Positions 17,164 to 30,506 of a stretch of 64,000 bases of DNA are shown piece after piece. The stretch is from positions 3,643 through 67,642 of the forward strand of contig CAVSOL010000010.1 of NCBI GenBank assembly GCA_963729535.1, given 5' to 3'. Source of the DNA: an uncultured Pseudomonadota bacterium (lineage in GTDB: Bacteria; Myxococcota_A; Polyangia; Fen-1088). The notes below the pieces were generated by a model. That model did no database searches, had not been told where the DNA came from, and saw only the letters and a program-made list of their open reading frames with translations. Position 1 is the stretch's first letter. Each line of letters begins with the position of its first letter. The translations under genes and the position numbers were made by a program.

Positions 17164-18538
17164 CTAGCTGGTCAGCGCCTGCTTCAAGGTTTCGGCGATC
17201 TCGTCCGCGTAGGCCTTGATGCCGGCCTCGTCCTGGCCCTCGATCATCACGCGCGCCTTGGCCTCGGTGCCCGAGTAGCGGACGAGGACGCGTCCCTCGA
17301 CGCCCAATGCACCCTCGATCTTGGCTATCATTTTCACCACCGACGGCATCTCTTCGAACGGACGCTTGCGCGCCACCGCGAAGTTGAGCAGCACCTGCGG
17401 ATAACGCGTCATCGCGCGCGCCGCCAGCTCGGACAGCGGCTTGCGCTCCTGCACCATCACCGCCAGCACGCGCAGCGCCGCGACGATGCCGTCGCCCGTG
17501 GTCGCGTGATCGAGGAACACGATGTGTCCCGACTGCTCGCCGCCCAGGCTGAGGCCGCGCTCGCGCATCGCCTCGACGACGTAGCGGTCGCCGACAGCGG
17601 TGCGCAGCAGCTTGCCGCCGCGTGACGACAGCGCGCGCTCGAGGCCGAGGTTCGACATCACCGTCGCGACGACGGTCTGCTCGGGGAGCTCGCCGCGCTC
17701 GATCATCCGCGTCGCCAGGATCGCCATGACCTGATCGCCGTCGATGATGTTGCCGTTTTCATCGGCGAGGATGACGCGATCGGCGTCGCCGTCGAGCGCG
17801 ATGCCCAGCTGCGCGCCCGACCGCTTGACCTCCTCGGCCATGAATTCGGGGTGCAGCGCGCCGCACGCGTAGTTGATGTTGCGTCCGTCGGGCCACACAT
17901 TCAGCTCGTCGACGCCGGCGCCCAGCTCGCTGAACACCTGCGGCGCGACGCTGTAGGCGGCGCCGTTGGCGCAGTCGACGACGACCTTGACGCCGTCGAG
18001 CGTCAGATCGCGCGGAAGCGCGTGCTTCAAGAACTGCACGTAGCGACCGCCTGCGTCTTCGATGCGCACGGCCTTGCCGATCGCGTCGGGCGCCGCGCGG
18101 ATGCCGTCGTTGCCGGCGCCGATCGCTTCCATGTCGCGCTCGATCTCGGCTTCGGCCTCGTCGGGCAGCTTGAAGCCGTCGGCGGCGAAGATCTTGATGC
18201 CGTTGTCCTGATAGGGATTGTGCGACGCGCTGATCACCACGCCCGCGTCGGCGCGCATCGACGACGTGATGAACGCGATGCCCGGCGTCGGCAGCGGGCC
18301 GACCAGCATCACGTCGGCGCCGGCGGAGACGATCCCCGCCTGCAAGCGCGCTCTCGAGCATGTAGCCGGACAGCCGCGTGTCCTTGCCGATCACGATACG
18401 CCCCGCGCGCCTGTCGTGCCGGAAGCGGCGCGCCACGGCCTGCCCGAGGCGCAGCGCCATCTCGGCGGTCATCGGCTCGCGGTTAGCGACGCCGCGGATC
18501 CCGTCGGTCCCGAAAAGCTTCCTGTCTCCGTCAGCCAT
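17164..18538 (-). CDS. glmM: phosphoglucosamine mutase (one frameshift near 18346 in this assembly)
   Basis: N-terminus [33 protein letters not shown] in one frame, continuing [52 protein letters not shown] in the next. Confidence 0.85.
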
Positions 18539-18583
18539 GGTGGTCTCTCAACTTAAGCATGGATCGCAGCTCCGGTGCTGTGC

Positions 18584-19433
<850 letters not shown>

Positions 19434-19510
19434 TCATTCCTCCGTGGAGGGGCATCATAGGGCGGCTGCCCGCCGGTGGCTACGGCTACGGCCGAGCTAA
19501 CACTGGCCGC

Positions 19511-20315
19511 TCACGCGCCGTGATCGGCGAGCGCCTCGGCGACGCGGACGACGTCGCGCATCTCCGCCACGTCGTGGACGCGCACGGCGGCAGCCCCACG
19601 CAGGACGGCGGCGGCGACGGCGGCGGCCGTACCGAACAGGCGTTCGCCCGCAGGCCTGCCGGTGAGCAGGCCGATGAACGCCTTGCGCGACACACCGACC
19701 ATGATCGGTACGCCCAGCCGCGCCGCCAGCAGCGGCAGCCCCTTGAGCAGGGCTACGTTGTGCTCGCTCCGCTTGCCGAAGCCGATCCCGGGATCGATCC
19801 AAGTCTCCCAGCAGCCCGCCGCGCGCGCCGCCGCCAGCCGCGCCTCCAGCTCCGCGCCGACCTCGGCGACCACGTCGCGAAACGACACGTCTTCCATCAT
19901 CGTCGCCGGCGCGCCGCGCAGGTGACCAAGCACGATCCCCGCTCCCGACGACGCCGCGACGCCCAGGATGTCCGCATCGAGCAGGCCGCCCGAAACGTCG
20001 TTGATCACCGAAGCACCAGCCGCCACCGCCGCCCGCGCCGTCCCGGCCTTGTACGTGTCGATCGAGATGCGCACGGACGGCGGCAACCGCCGCCTCAGCG
20101 CCTCGATCACCGGAATCACGCGCGCCTGCTCCTCGGCCTCCGGCACCGCGATCGCCCCTGGCCGCGTCGACTCGCCGCCGACGTCGATCCAGCTCGCGCC
20201 GGCGTCGGCCATCTCGCGCCGCCGCCTCCACCGCCGCGTCGGCGCTCGCGTACCGCCCGCCGTCCGAAAACGAATCGGGCGTGACGTTCAGGACGCCGAC
20301 GACCAGACAGGCCAC
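19511..20315 (-). CDS. folP: dihydropteroate synthase (frameshift near 20215)
   Basis: MACLVVGVLNVTPDSFSDGGRY.. in one frame, then ..ADAGASWIDVGGESTRPG..ISIDTYK..INDVSGG..DPGIGFGK..VGVSRK in the next. Confidence 0.85.
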
Positions 20316-20354
20316 GGCGTCTGTTCTACACCGACACTGGCCGCTCGGGCGGAG

Positions 20355-22295
<1,941 letters not shown>

Positions 22296-22415
22296 TCAGT
22301 GTGTCCTTTCGGGGGCGATTCGGGGAATCATCGGAAAGTATTGCCGCCAATGGCAACATGGTCAAAGGTTAGTTGCTCGTCGCGTGGAGCGTAGGCCGGC
22401 TTTGCCGGCCGCAGC

Positions 22416-23667
22416 TCATCGCGGGAGGTTCGGAACCCTTTCAGGGTTCTGAGTACACTCGAAAGACACTGTCAGGCGACGGCGTGTAGCCGCTACAGGA
22501 CGCCCCGCTTCAGCGACGCGCAGCCCAGGCACGAACAGCACGATGTCGTCGGCCGTTGTCAGGATCGGCAGCGTTGCGCGGGCCGCGCGCGCGATCTTCG
22601 CGTCGATCATCAGATCCGAAAGTTTCCGACTGCCGCGCCCGCCGCGCGGACGCATGCGATCGCCCGGCCGCCGCGCGCGCATCACCAGCGGCCAGGCGAT
22701 GCGGTCGGCGTCGAACGCGCCCGCCGTCCGCTCCGACGATCAGCCGCAGCTGAGTTCCGGGTGACCACCCATAGGCCCCCGGTCCGTCGATGACCACTCG
22801 GCCCTGGCGCACGCCGCCGGCGACGGTGCGGCGCGGCGCGATGCGGGCCTCGCCGTAGGTCACCTCGACGCGCCGTCCGCCGGCGACGTCGATCCCCGCG
22901 CTGCCACCACGCGCCTTCAGTCGCGACACGACCGCCGCTGCCCGGCGCGGCAGCGACGCGAGCGCGACGTCAGGGCGTTCACCCGTGGCGCCCGCGCGGG
23001 CCGCCGCCGCCAGCGCCACCAGCGCCTCGACGATGCGCGGGTTCTCTTCGGCGAGCGCCGGCAGCAAGCGGTGGCGGATGCGCGCGCGCGCGAACCGCGC
23101 GTCGGCGTTCGAGGGATCATCGATGAACGGGATGCTGCGCCGGCGAAGGTAGCGGAGCACCTCGTCGCGACGGACGTCCAGCAGCGGGCGGACGAAGCAA
23201 TCGCGGCGATAGGGGATCCCGGCCAGTCCCGGAAGTCCGGTGCCTCGAACGATGCGAAACAGCACCGTCTCCGCCTGGTCCTCGGCCTGGTGGCCGAGCG
23301 CGACGCGCGCCGCGCTGTGCGCGTCGGCCAGCGCCGCCAGCGCGTCCAGGCGCAAGGTGCGGGCGGCGTCCTGCAGCGAGGCGGCGCGCGCGCGGCGCGC
23401 CGCGGCGACGTCGACGCGCAGCGGGAAGAACGGCAGGCCGAGCGCCGCCGCGCGCTCGCCGACCATCGCGACCTCGGCGGCGGCGTTCGCGCGCAGCCCG
23501 TGATCGATCGACGCCACCTCGAGCGACAGGCGCAGCCGCTCACGCACCTCCCATAACGCGTGCAGCAGCGCCATCGAGTCCGGGCCACCCGACACCGCGA
23601 CGACGACCTTGTCTCCCGGGCGGAAGAGGTCGTGCGCGGCGATGGTACGCAGAAGCGTCGACAGCAT
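22416..23667 (-). CDS. tilS: tRNA(Ile)-lysidine synthase (frameshift near 22716)
   Basis: PP-loop VAVSGGPDSMALL. The C-terminal domain FDADRIAWPLVMRARRPGDRMRPRGGRGSRKLSDLMIDAKI lies in a second frame. Confidence 0.85.
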
Positions 23668-23708
23668 GTTCGCCGAATCGAGCTTATACGGCTATATAGG
23701 CGCCTGCG

Positions 23709-25509
23709 ATGGTCACCCCACGACGAGAAACGCCCGGCTGACGTCATCGCGCTATCGCCGTTCCGGGCCGAGATCGGGCGTGGCCGCCGGCTGCGCCGCG
23801 CGGACCTCCTGTTCGCGGAGCGCGATCTCGAGTCGGCGGTACGGGCGCTACCGGGCGACGAGCTCTACTACGTGGTGCACGAGCTGGGGCTGCGCGACGC
23901 CGGCGCGATCGTGCAGGCGGCGACGGCCGAGCAGCTGCAGATCGTCCTCGATTTCGCCGTGTGGGAGCACGACCGGCTCGCCCCGGCCGCGCTCGGCGAA
24001 TGGCTGGCATCGATGGTCGAGGCGCCGTACGAGCGCGTCGGCGAGTGGCTGGCCGGGCTCGACACCGAGCTGGTCGCGCTGATCATCCGCAGCGCCGCCG
24101 ACATCTACGACCTTTCGCACGGCGACCCCCCCTATGAGCCGCAGGGGTCCTTCTTCCCGACGCCCGACGGGCTGTTCGTGCTCGACGTGCGCGGGCTGCC
24201 GGAGGACCAGCGCAATCCCCGCTCGGAGGCCGAGGGCGGCCCGGACAGCGTCCAGGTGATCATCCGCCTCATCGATTCGCTGTACCGCGCTGACAAGGAC
24301 TTCGCGCGCCGGCTGCTCGTGGGCGCGGGGGGAGAGCTCGACGCGGAGCTCGAGGAGATGGCGCTGCGCTGGCGGCAAGGGCGCATGGCGGATCTCGGCT
24401 TCGCCGACTACTACGAGGCGCTCGAGGTCTACCGCGAGCTCGACCCGGCGAGCGTGCGCATCGGCGACGCAGCCGCGTCCGCGCGCGCCGATGCTCGTCC
24501 CCGTGGCGACGCGAGCGGCGCTGCGCTGCGCGTGCCGACGGCGCTGGCGCAGCGTCTGGGCGACACCGGCGGCTCGCCGTTCGCGCGCGCCGCGCAGGCG
24601 CTGGCGGCCGGCGACGAGATCGACGACCTCCACTTCGCGCTGGTGGCGCTCACCAACCGCGTGCTGGCGGCAGACAGGATCGCGCCTGGCGACGACGACG
24701 CGGTCGCCGCCGTGCTCGAACGGCTGGCGGCGACGCTGGACCTTGCCATCGAACGCCTGGCCGCCGGCGACGATGCGCGTGGCACGGTGGCGCTGCGCAC
24801 GATCCCGCTCGTCAAGCTGTTCCGGCTGGGCGTAAGCCTGATCGGCAAGGTGCGCGGGCTCGCCCTCGCGCTCGTGCGCAAGGGTCCGTTCGCGGCGCGC
24901 GGCCGCGCGCTGGCGGAGCCGGTCGACTCCGCGGTGCTCGACGCGATCACCCGGCTGCGTCCGCTGTTCCCGCGCCTGCTCGATACGCCGCCCGCTGCCG
25001 GCGAGCGGCCGTTCCGCAGCCTGGCCGATCTGGCGCGCGCGACCGCCGCGGTGGAACGCGCCGCGGCCGCGCAGGCGATGCTGCGCGCGCTCGGCGTGAC
25101 CCCCGCGGACGTGAGCAGCGACTCCGGCGCGCTGCTGGCCAGCGACGCCGACGAGGCGGCGATCGATACCGGCGTGCTCGCGCGGACGGTGCTGGTCCGG
25201 CGTCTGCTGGGCGACGCGGGCGCGCCCGGGCCGTTCGCGCCGCTGTCCGCGGCCGACGTCCAGGCATTCGAAGCGTCGCTGCGCAAGACCAAGAGCGGGC
25301 CCCCCGCCCTGCCCGACAAGCTGCGAAACGCCGTCCAGGCGGTGCTTGCCGAGGCGACGCCGCAGCCGCTCGCCGTCGCGGGCGCCGAGGTGGCCGAGCG
25401 CTGGATCGCCAGCCTGGCCCCGCTGGAGCCAACCCTGGTGATGGGGTCGACACGCCCCGCACCCGTGCGCAAGCCGGCAACCAAGCCGGCCGGGCCGCGC
25501 CGCCGATAG
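23709..25509 (+). CDS. conserved hypothetical helical protein (possibly DUF6178-like; start uncertain)
   Basis: Long ORF (frame of 23560..25509) with plausible coding sequence from about 23.74 kb. The first canonical in-frame start, GTG 23872, would truncate it. ATG 23709 lies in another frame just downstream of an AT-rich TATATA stretch, so an indel near 23.71-23.74 kb or a non-canonical start is suspected. Confidence 0.55.
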
Positions 25510-25614
25510 TGGCGACGGGCCCGACTGGATGCCGGCCCGACGGCGGCAGGCGCGATCCTGTTGTAGTCGCGGGCCGCCGGTAGCAGAATCCTCCGGGAAG
25601 ACCTGCGGATTCCG

Positions 25615-26259
25615 GTGGTTGGCTTGCCCCCTGTGAGGTTGATTCGAGTTCCCGTGCTGGCGGTGGCGCTGTTTGTCGCCGTCACGTCGCGTGCGGCCGA
25701 CCCCGCCCCGCCGCCCGCCGTCGCGCCAGTCCCCGTGGTCCCGCTGCCGCCCGCGGCCGCCGACGTTCCGGTAGGTTCGCAGGCCGACGTCGACATGCAG
25801 GCGAGCCGTGCGCTCGGCCATCGCCTGGTGATGCTGGGACGCTACGAAGAGGCGGTCGCGGCCTTCCGCCGTGCCTACGAGCTGAAGGCAGACGCCAGGC
25901 TCCTGTACGACATCGCCGAGTGCTACCGCCAGGTCGGCAACGTCGATCAGGCGCTGTTCTATTACGACCGCTACCTGACCGACTGGCCCGAGGCGTTCGA
26001 TCGCGATCAGGTGGAGAAGAAGGTCGCCGCGCTGTCAGCGGGACGCGCGCGCGAGACGGGCGCCGTCCCCCGCAAGCGGCCCCTGATGGTGGCCGACGAA
26101 GCGAACAAGCCACGCCCACCGGTGCGGCCGTGGCAGCGCTGGTGGTTCTGGACCGGGATCTGCGTATCGCTGGCGGCGGGGGTGACCGCGGCCGCGCTGT
26201 CGTCGCGTCCTGACAATGGCCTGCCCGCGAGCGACCTCGGCAGCAAGAGGTTCTTTTGA
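25615..26259 (+). CDS. secreted TPR protein with C-terminal TM anchor
   Basis: Signal peptide ..VLAVALFVAVTSRAADP. TPR helices RYEEAVAAFRRAYELKADARLLYDIAECYRQVGNVDQALFYYDRYL, paralogous to the TPR region of 5434-6300. A TM helix WWFWTGICVSLAAGVTAAAL. The stop overlaps the next start (TTGA). Confidence 0.7.
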   Translation: MVGLPPVRLIRVPVLAVALFVAVTSRAADPAPPPAVAPVPVVPLPPAAADVPVGSQADVDMQASRALGHRLVMLGRYEEAVAAFRRAYELKADARLLYDIAECYRQVGNVDQALFYYDRYLTDWPEAFDRDQVEKKVAALSAGRARETGAVPRKRPLMVADEANKPRPPVRPWQRWWFWTGICVSLAAGVTAAALSSRPDNGLPASDLGSKRFF

Positions 26260-28647
26260 GCGCTGCCTGGCGCGGGCTGCTCGCGGCGGCGGCGATCGCG
26301 CTGGCGTCCGCCGCGTGCCGTGGCGACGGCGGCGCGACGCTGACGGTGGTCGTGACGGCTTCGGGATCGCCACCGAACGTGACAAAGCTGAATGTCACGC
26401 TGACCGGTCCAGCAGGTAGCGAGACGAATCCCTACGACCGCGGCGGGTCGCTGATCTCCTTCCCGACCACGCTGATAGCCGAGCTGCCGGCGAGCGCCGC
26501 CGGCCAGATCAGCATCGAGGTCACCGCCGTCGACGCCGCAAACACGACCGTCGCGACCGGGCGCGACGGTCCGAGGGTCGTCCGCCCGGGAGACAGGCTG
26601 ACGGTCTACGTGCGCCTCGGATGCAACGACGCTCCTTGCAACCGCGACGGCGGTTTCGGTCCGGACGGCGACGGGAGCACGCCGCCATCCGGCGAGGGCT
26701 GCGGCAACGGACGCATCGACCCGGGCGAGACCTGTGACAAGAACATACCGCGCGGCGACCCGGGCGCGTGCCCGCCCGCTGACTGCGACGACGGCGTGGC
26801 GTGCACGGAGGACATCCGTGTGGGCAGCGACTGCACCGCCGAGTGTAAACCCAGGGAGATTGTCACGCCCCGCTTCGGCGACGGGTGCTGCCCTGCCGGA
26901 GCGACGCGCGAGACCGACGCCGACTGCTCGGACCGCTGCCGCGACGGCACCGTCCAGCCGGGCGAGACCTGCGACCTCCTCATCCAGGAGGGAGCGCCGG
27001 GAGCGTGCCCCACCGCCGACGACTGCAAGGCGCCGCCCAGATCGTGTGAGACCGCCATGCTGATCTCGGCGGGGACGTGTTCGGCGGTTTGCCTTCGCTT
27101 TCCCAATGTCACCCCGTCAGACAAGATCAGCGACGGCTGCTGTCCCGCGGGGGCGACGAGCGGGACAGACACCGACTGCCCCGTCTTCTGCGGCAACGGC
27201 GTGCGCGAGGAGGGAGAGGCGTGCGATCTCGGCATCGCACCGCTCAGCCCCGGCAGCTGCCCGACGAACTGCGACGACGGCAAGTCGTGCACGGCGGACT
27301 TCGTCACCGGCACCGGCTGCCAGGTGGCATGCCAGCACGAGACCATCACGGCGCTGATCTCCGGCGACGACTGCTGTCCCGGCGGCGCCAACCACCAGGT
27401 CGACACGGACTGCCCGTTCCAGTGCGGCAACGGCGTCGTCGATCCGGGCGAGGCGTGTGACTCCGCGGCGACGGGGAATGGCGCGTGTCCGATGACCTGC
27501 CCGCCGTCGCCGACGCCCTGCCTGCGCTCGGTGAAGGTGGGCGACCGTGACGACTGCTCGGCGCGCTGCGAGCTTCACCCCGTGACCGAATGTTCGCTGG
27601 TGGTGACGTCGGAGCACCCCTTCACCGGGCAAAAGACCGGCGACCGGTGCTGCCCGTCCGGCTGCACGTACTACAACGACGTCGACTGCTCGACCCAGTG
27701 TGGCAACTACGCAAGCGATTTCACGAACCACGAGGAGACGTGCGACACCGCCACGTCGCCGGGGACGGCGGGCGCTTGTCCCACCTCGTGCCGCGACAGC
27801 AACATGTGCACCGAAGATCGGCTGATGAGCGACGGCACCTGTCACGCGAAGTGCGTGTTCACGCTGATCACCAGCCTGCGCGCCGGCGACGGCTGCTGCC
27901 CAACCAACGCGGGCGGCAATCAAACGCTGGACCCCGACTGCAAGCCGGCGTGCGGCGACGGCGTCGTCGATCCGCCGGACGAGACCTGCGACAACGGCAT
28001 CGAGAGCTCGTGTCCGGCCACATGCCCGCCTCCGCGCGCCTGCATGCGCTTCCAGCTTGAGGGAGCCACCGAGACCTGTAACGCCAGGTGTGTGCCGATA
28101 GCGCTCACCTGCTCGCTGGCGAAGGACGATTGCTGCCCGGCGGGTTGCACGGCGCTAACCGACGTCGATTGCCCGACCATCTGCGGCGACGGCGCGATCG
28201 AGACCACCGAGACCTGCGACCGCGCGATCACCCCGGGCAAGCCGGGCGCGTGCGCCGCGACGTGCGACGACCGCGACGCGTGCACGGTCGACCTGGCATC
28301 GGGGTCGGTGGCGGGGTGCACACGGACCTGCGTGCACCGTCGCATCACGGGCTGCGTGGATGGCGACGGCTGCTGCCCATGCCGGCTGCCCGGCGGCGAC
28401 CGACAACGACTGCCTGGCGGCGTGCGGCGACGGCCGCATCGGCGACGGCGAGACCTGCGACCCCCCATCCACCTGCCCCGCCGCCTGCCCGGACGACGGC
28501 AACACCTGTACCATCGAACGGCTGGAGGGCAGCGCCCAGACCTGCAACGTGGCCTGCGTTCACGCCCCGGTCACGATCTGCTCAGGCTCAACCGCGGATT
28601 CTTGCTGTCCGACCGGCTGCACCTTCCTGACCGACACCGATTGTTAG
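26256..28647 (+). CDS. giant cysteine-rich repeat lipoprotein (one frameshift near 28380)
   Basis: TTG start overlapping the upstream stop; lipobox LASAAC. A ~125-aa Thr/Val-rich domain, then eight Cys-rich modules. The single-base shift at ..GDGCCP|AGCPAATDNDC.. restores the repeat pattern, and the protein ends ..CCPTGCTFLTDTDC*. Confidence 0.75.
26700..28644 (+). repeat. eight tandem 74-92-codon Cys-rich coding modules
   Basis: Each module starts with CG(N/D)G..(E/D)(T/A)CD (one starts CRDG) and ends ..(D/G)(D/G)CCP.G.....D.DC. Module starts by hand count are near 26700, 26937, 27189, 27423, 27699, 27951, 28182 and 28423. Confidence 0.8.
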
Positions 28648-28830
28648 CCGCAATCACCGGCCAATCGAACCGGCCGCGCTTGACAGGGTAGCAAAAGGCA
28701 TCGTAAGCACGCCGGACCGCACAGGAATCCAGCCAGACGGCGACCGGGAATAGTTCGGCGTCGGGCAGGGTTTCCGGCCGCAAGTGACGTCCAACCCCCC
28801 GTTGCCGCCCCGAAACGAAAAGAGGCATCG

Positions 28831-29799
28831 ATGTCCGATTCGATGATTGAAGTCGAGGGTCTGACCAAGAACTACGGTCCCACCCTCGCGGTCGACCAGG
28901 TGACTTTCAGCGTCCGCCGCGGCGAGGTGCTGGGGTTTCTCGGCCCCAACGGCGCCGGCAAGTCGACGACGATGAAGATGCTGACCTGCTTCCTGGCCCC
29001 CAGCGCGGGCCGGGCGGTGGTGGCCGGCCACGACGTGTTCGACGACTCGCTCGAGGTGCGCAAGCGCATCGGCTACCTGCCCGAAGACACGCCGATCTAC
29101 CGCGACATGACCGTGGTCGAGTACCTGCAGTTCGCGGCCGCCGTCCGCGGCATGCCGTCGGACAAGGTCGGCGGGCGCATCAAGGAGATCGGCGCGCGCT
29201 GCGGCCTCGGCGACGTCGCCGGCAAGCTGGTCGGCGAGCTGTCGAAGGGCTACCGGCAGCGCGTCGGGCTGGCGCAGGCGATGCTGCACGACCCGGACAT
29301 CGTCATCCTCGACGAGCCGACGAGCGGCCTGGACCCGAACCAGATCGTCGAGATCCGGTCGCTCATCAAGGAGATCGGCCGCGAGAAGACGGTCATCCTG
29401 TCGACCCACATCCTCCCCGAGGTGCAGGCGACCTGCAGCCGCATCGTGATCATCAACGGCGGCAAGCTGGTCGCCGACGGCACCCCCGACGAGCTGCGCG
29501 CGCGCGAGCGCGGTGGCAGCTACCGCGTGATCGTGGAGTCGAACGGCGTCCCCAAGGAGGCCATCCGCGATCGACTGGCCGGCATCGCGGGGGTCGCCCG
29601 CTGCGTGATGCTCGCCGGCCAGGTAGAGGAAGGCTCGCACGCGTTCACCATCCACGCGGCGGCGACCACCGACCTGCGCAAGTTGATCTTCCGCGCGGCC
29701 GTCGACAACCGCTGGACGCTGCTCGAGCTGGCCCGCGAATCGGCCAGCCTGGAAGACGTGTTTCGCAACCTCACCACCGGAGAGGAAGGCAAGTCATGA
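28831..29799 (+). CDS. ABC transporter ATP-binding protein (ABC-2/GldA-like), operon 1
   Basis: Walker A GPNGAGKST, signature LSKGYRQR, Walker B ILDEPTSGLD. Confidence 0.9.
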   Translation: MSDSMIEVEGLTKNYGPTLAVDQVTFSVRRGEVLGFLGPNGAGKSTTMKMLTCFLAPSAGRAVVAGHDVFDDSLEVRKRIGYLPEDTPIYRDMTVVEYLQFAAAVRGMPSDKVGGRIKEIGARCGLGDVAGKLVGELSKGYRQRVGLAQAMLHDPDIVILDEPTSGLDPNQIVEIRSLIKEIGREKTVILSTHILPEVQATCSRIVIINGGKLVADGTPDELRARERGGSYRVIVESNGVPKEAIRDRLAGIAGVARCVMLAGQVEEGSHAFTIHAAATTDLRKLIFRAAVDNRWTLLELARESASLEDVFRNLTTGEEGKS

Positions 29800-30506
29800 G
29801 CCCGGCACTCGTCATCTCGCGGCGGGAGATCCGCACCTACTTCAATTCTCCCGTCGCCTACATCGTCGTCACCGTGTTCATGGTGCTCACGGGGTACCTG
29901 TTCTTCCCGCCGCTGTTCGTCGAAGGCCAGGCCGACATGCGCGGCTTCTTCGGCAACATGCCCATCCTGTTCATGTTCCTGGCGCCGGCGATCACCATGC
30001 GCTTGCTCGCGGACGAGAAGGCGTCCGGTACGCTGGAGCTGCTGATCACCATGCCGGTCCGCGACTGGGACGTGGTGCTGGGCAAGTTCCTGGCAGCGAT
30101 GGCGCTGCTGTGCACGGCGCTCGGGCTGACCGTGGTGTTCGCGATCAGCGTCAAGCTGCTGGGGCCGCTCGATCGCGGCCCGACGATCGGCGGCTACATC
30201 GGCCTCGTGCTGATGGGCGGCGCTTACATCTCGATCGGCGTCATGACGTCGGCGTTTTCGCGTAACTCGATCGCGGCGTTCATCGTCGCCTTCGCGATCT
30301 CGTTCGTGCTGTTCCTGTTCGGCCGGCTGACGCAGTTCGTGCCGCAGTCGATCCAGCCGATCATCGCGTTCCTCAGCATCGAATCCCACTTCGAGAACAT
30401 TGGTCGCGGTGTCATCGACTCGCGCGACGTCATCTACTACCTGTCGGTGATCGGCATCTGCCTGCTGACGGCGACGCTGTCACTCGAATCGCGGCGGTGG
30501 AGGTAA
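29796..30506 (+). CDS. ABC-2 type permease (GldF-like), operon 1
   Basis: ATGA overlap with the ATPase stop. Six hydrophobic segments; RREIRTYFNSPVAYIVV..; ends ..LESRRWR. Confidence 0.85.
   Translation: MSPALVISRREIRTYFNSPVAYIVVTVFMVLTGYLFFPPLFVEGQADMRGFFGNMPILFMFLAPAITMRLLADEKASGTLELLITMPVRDWDVVLGKFLAAMALLCTALGLTVVFAISVKLLGPLDRGPTIGGYIGLVLMGGAYISIGVMTSAFSRNSIAAFIVAFAISFVLFLFGRLTQFVPQSIQPIIAFLSIESHFENIGRGVIDSRDVIYYLSVIGICLLTATLSLESRRWR

Noticed and set aside
22395-22411. Hairpin GGCCGGC-TTT-GCCGGCC just downstream of the tilS stop, considered as a terminator between tilS and ftsH.
   Set aside because: The stem is only 7 bp with no following T-tract on the minus strand. tilS-ftsH are commonly co-transcribed.
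28680-28709. TTGACA (28680-28685), 18 nt, TAAGCA as a promoter for ABC operon 1.
   Set aside because: The -35 is perfect, but the -10 matches only 2-3 positions and the spacer is long. It is too weak to list as a feature.
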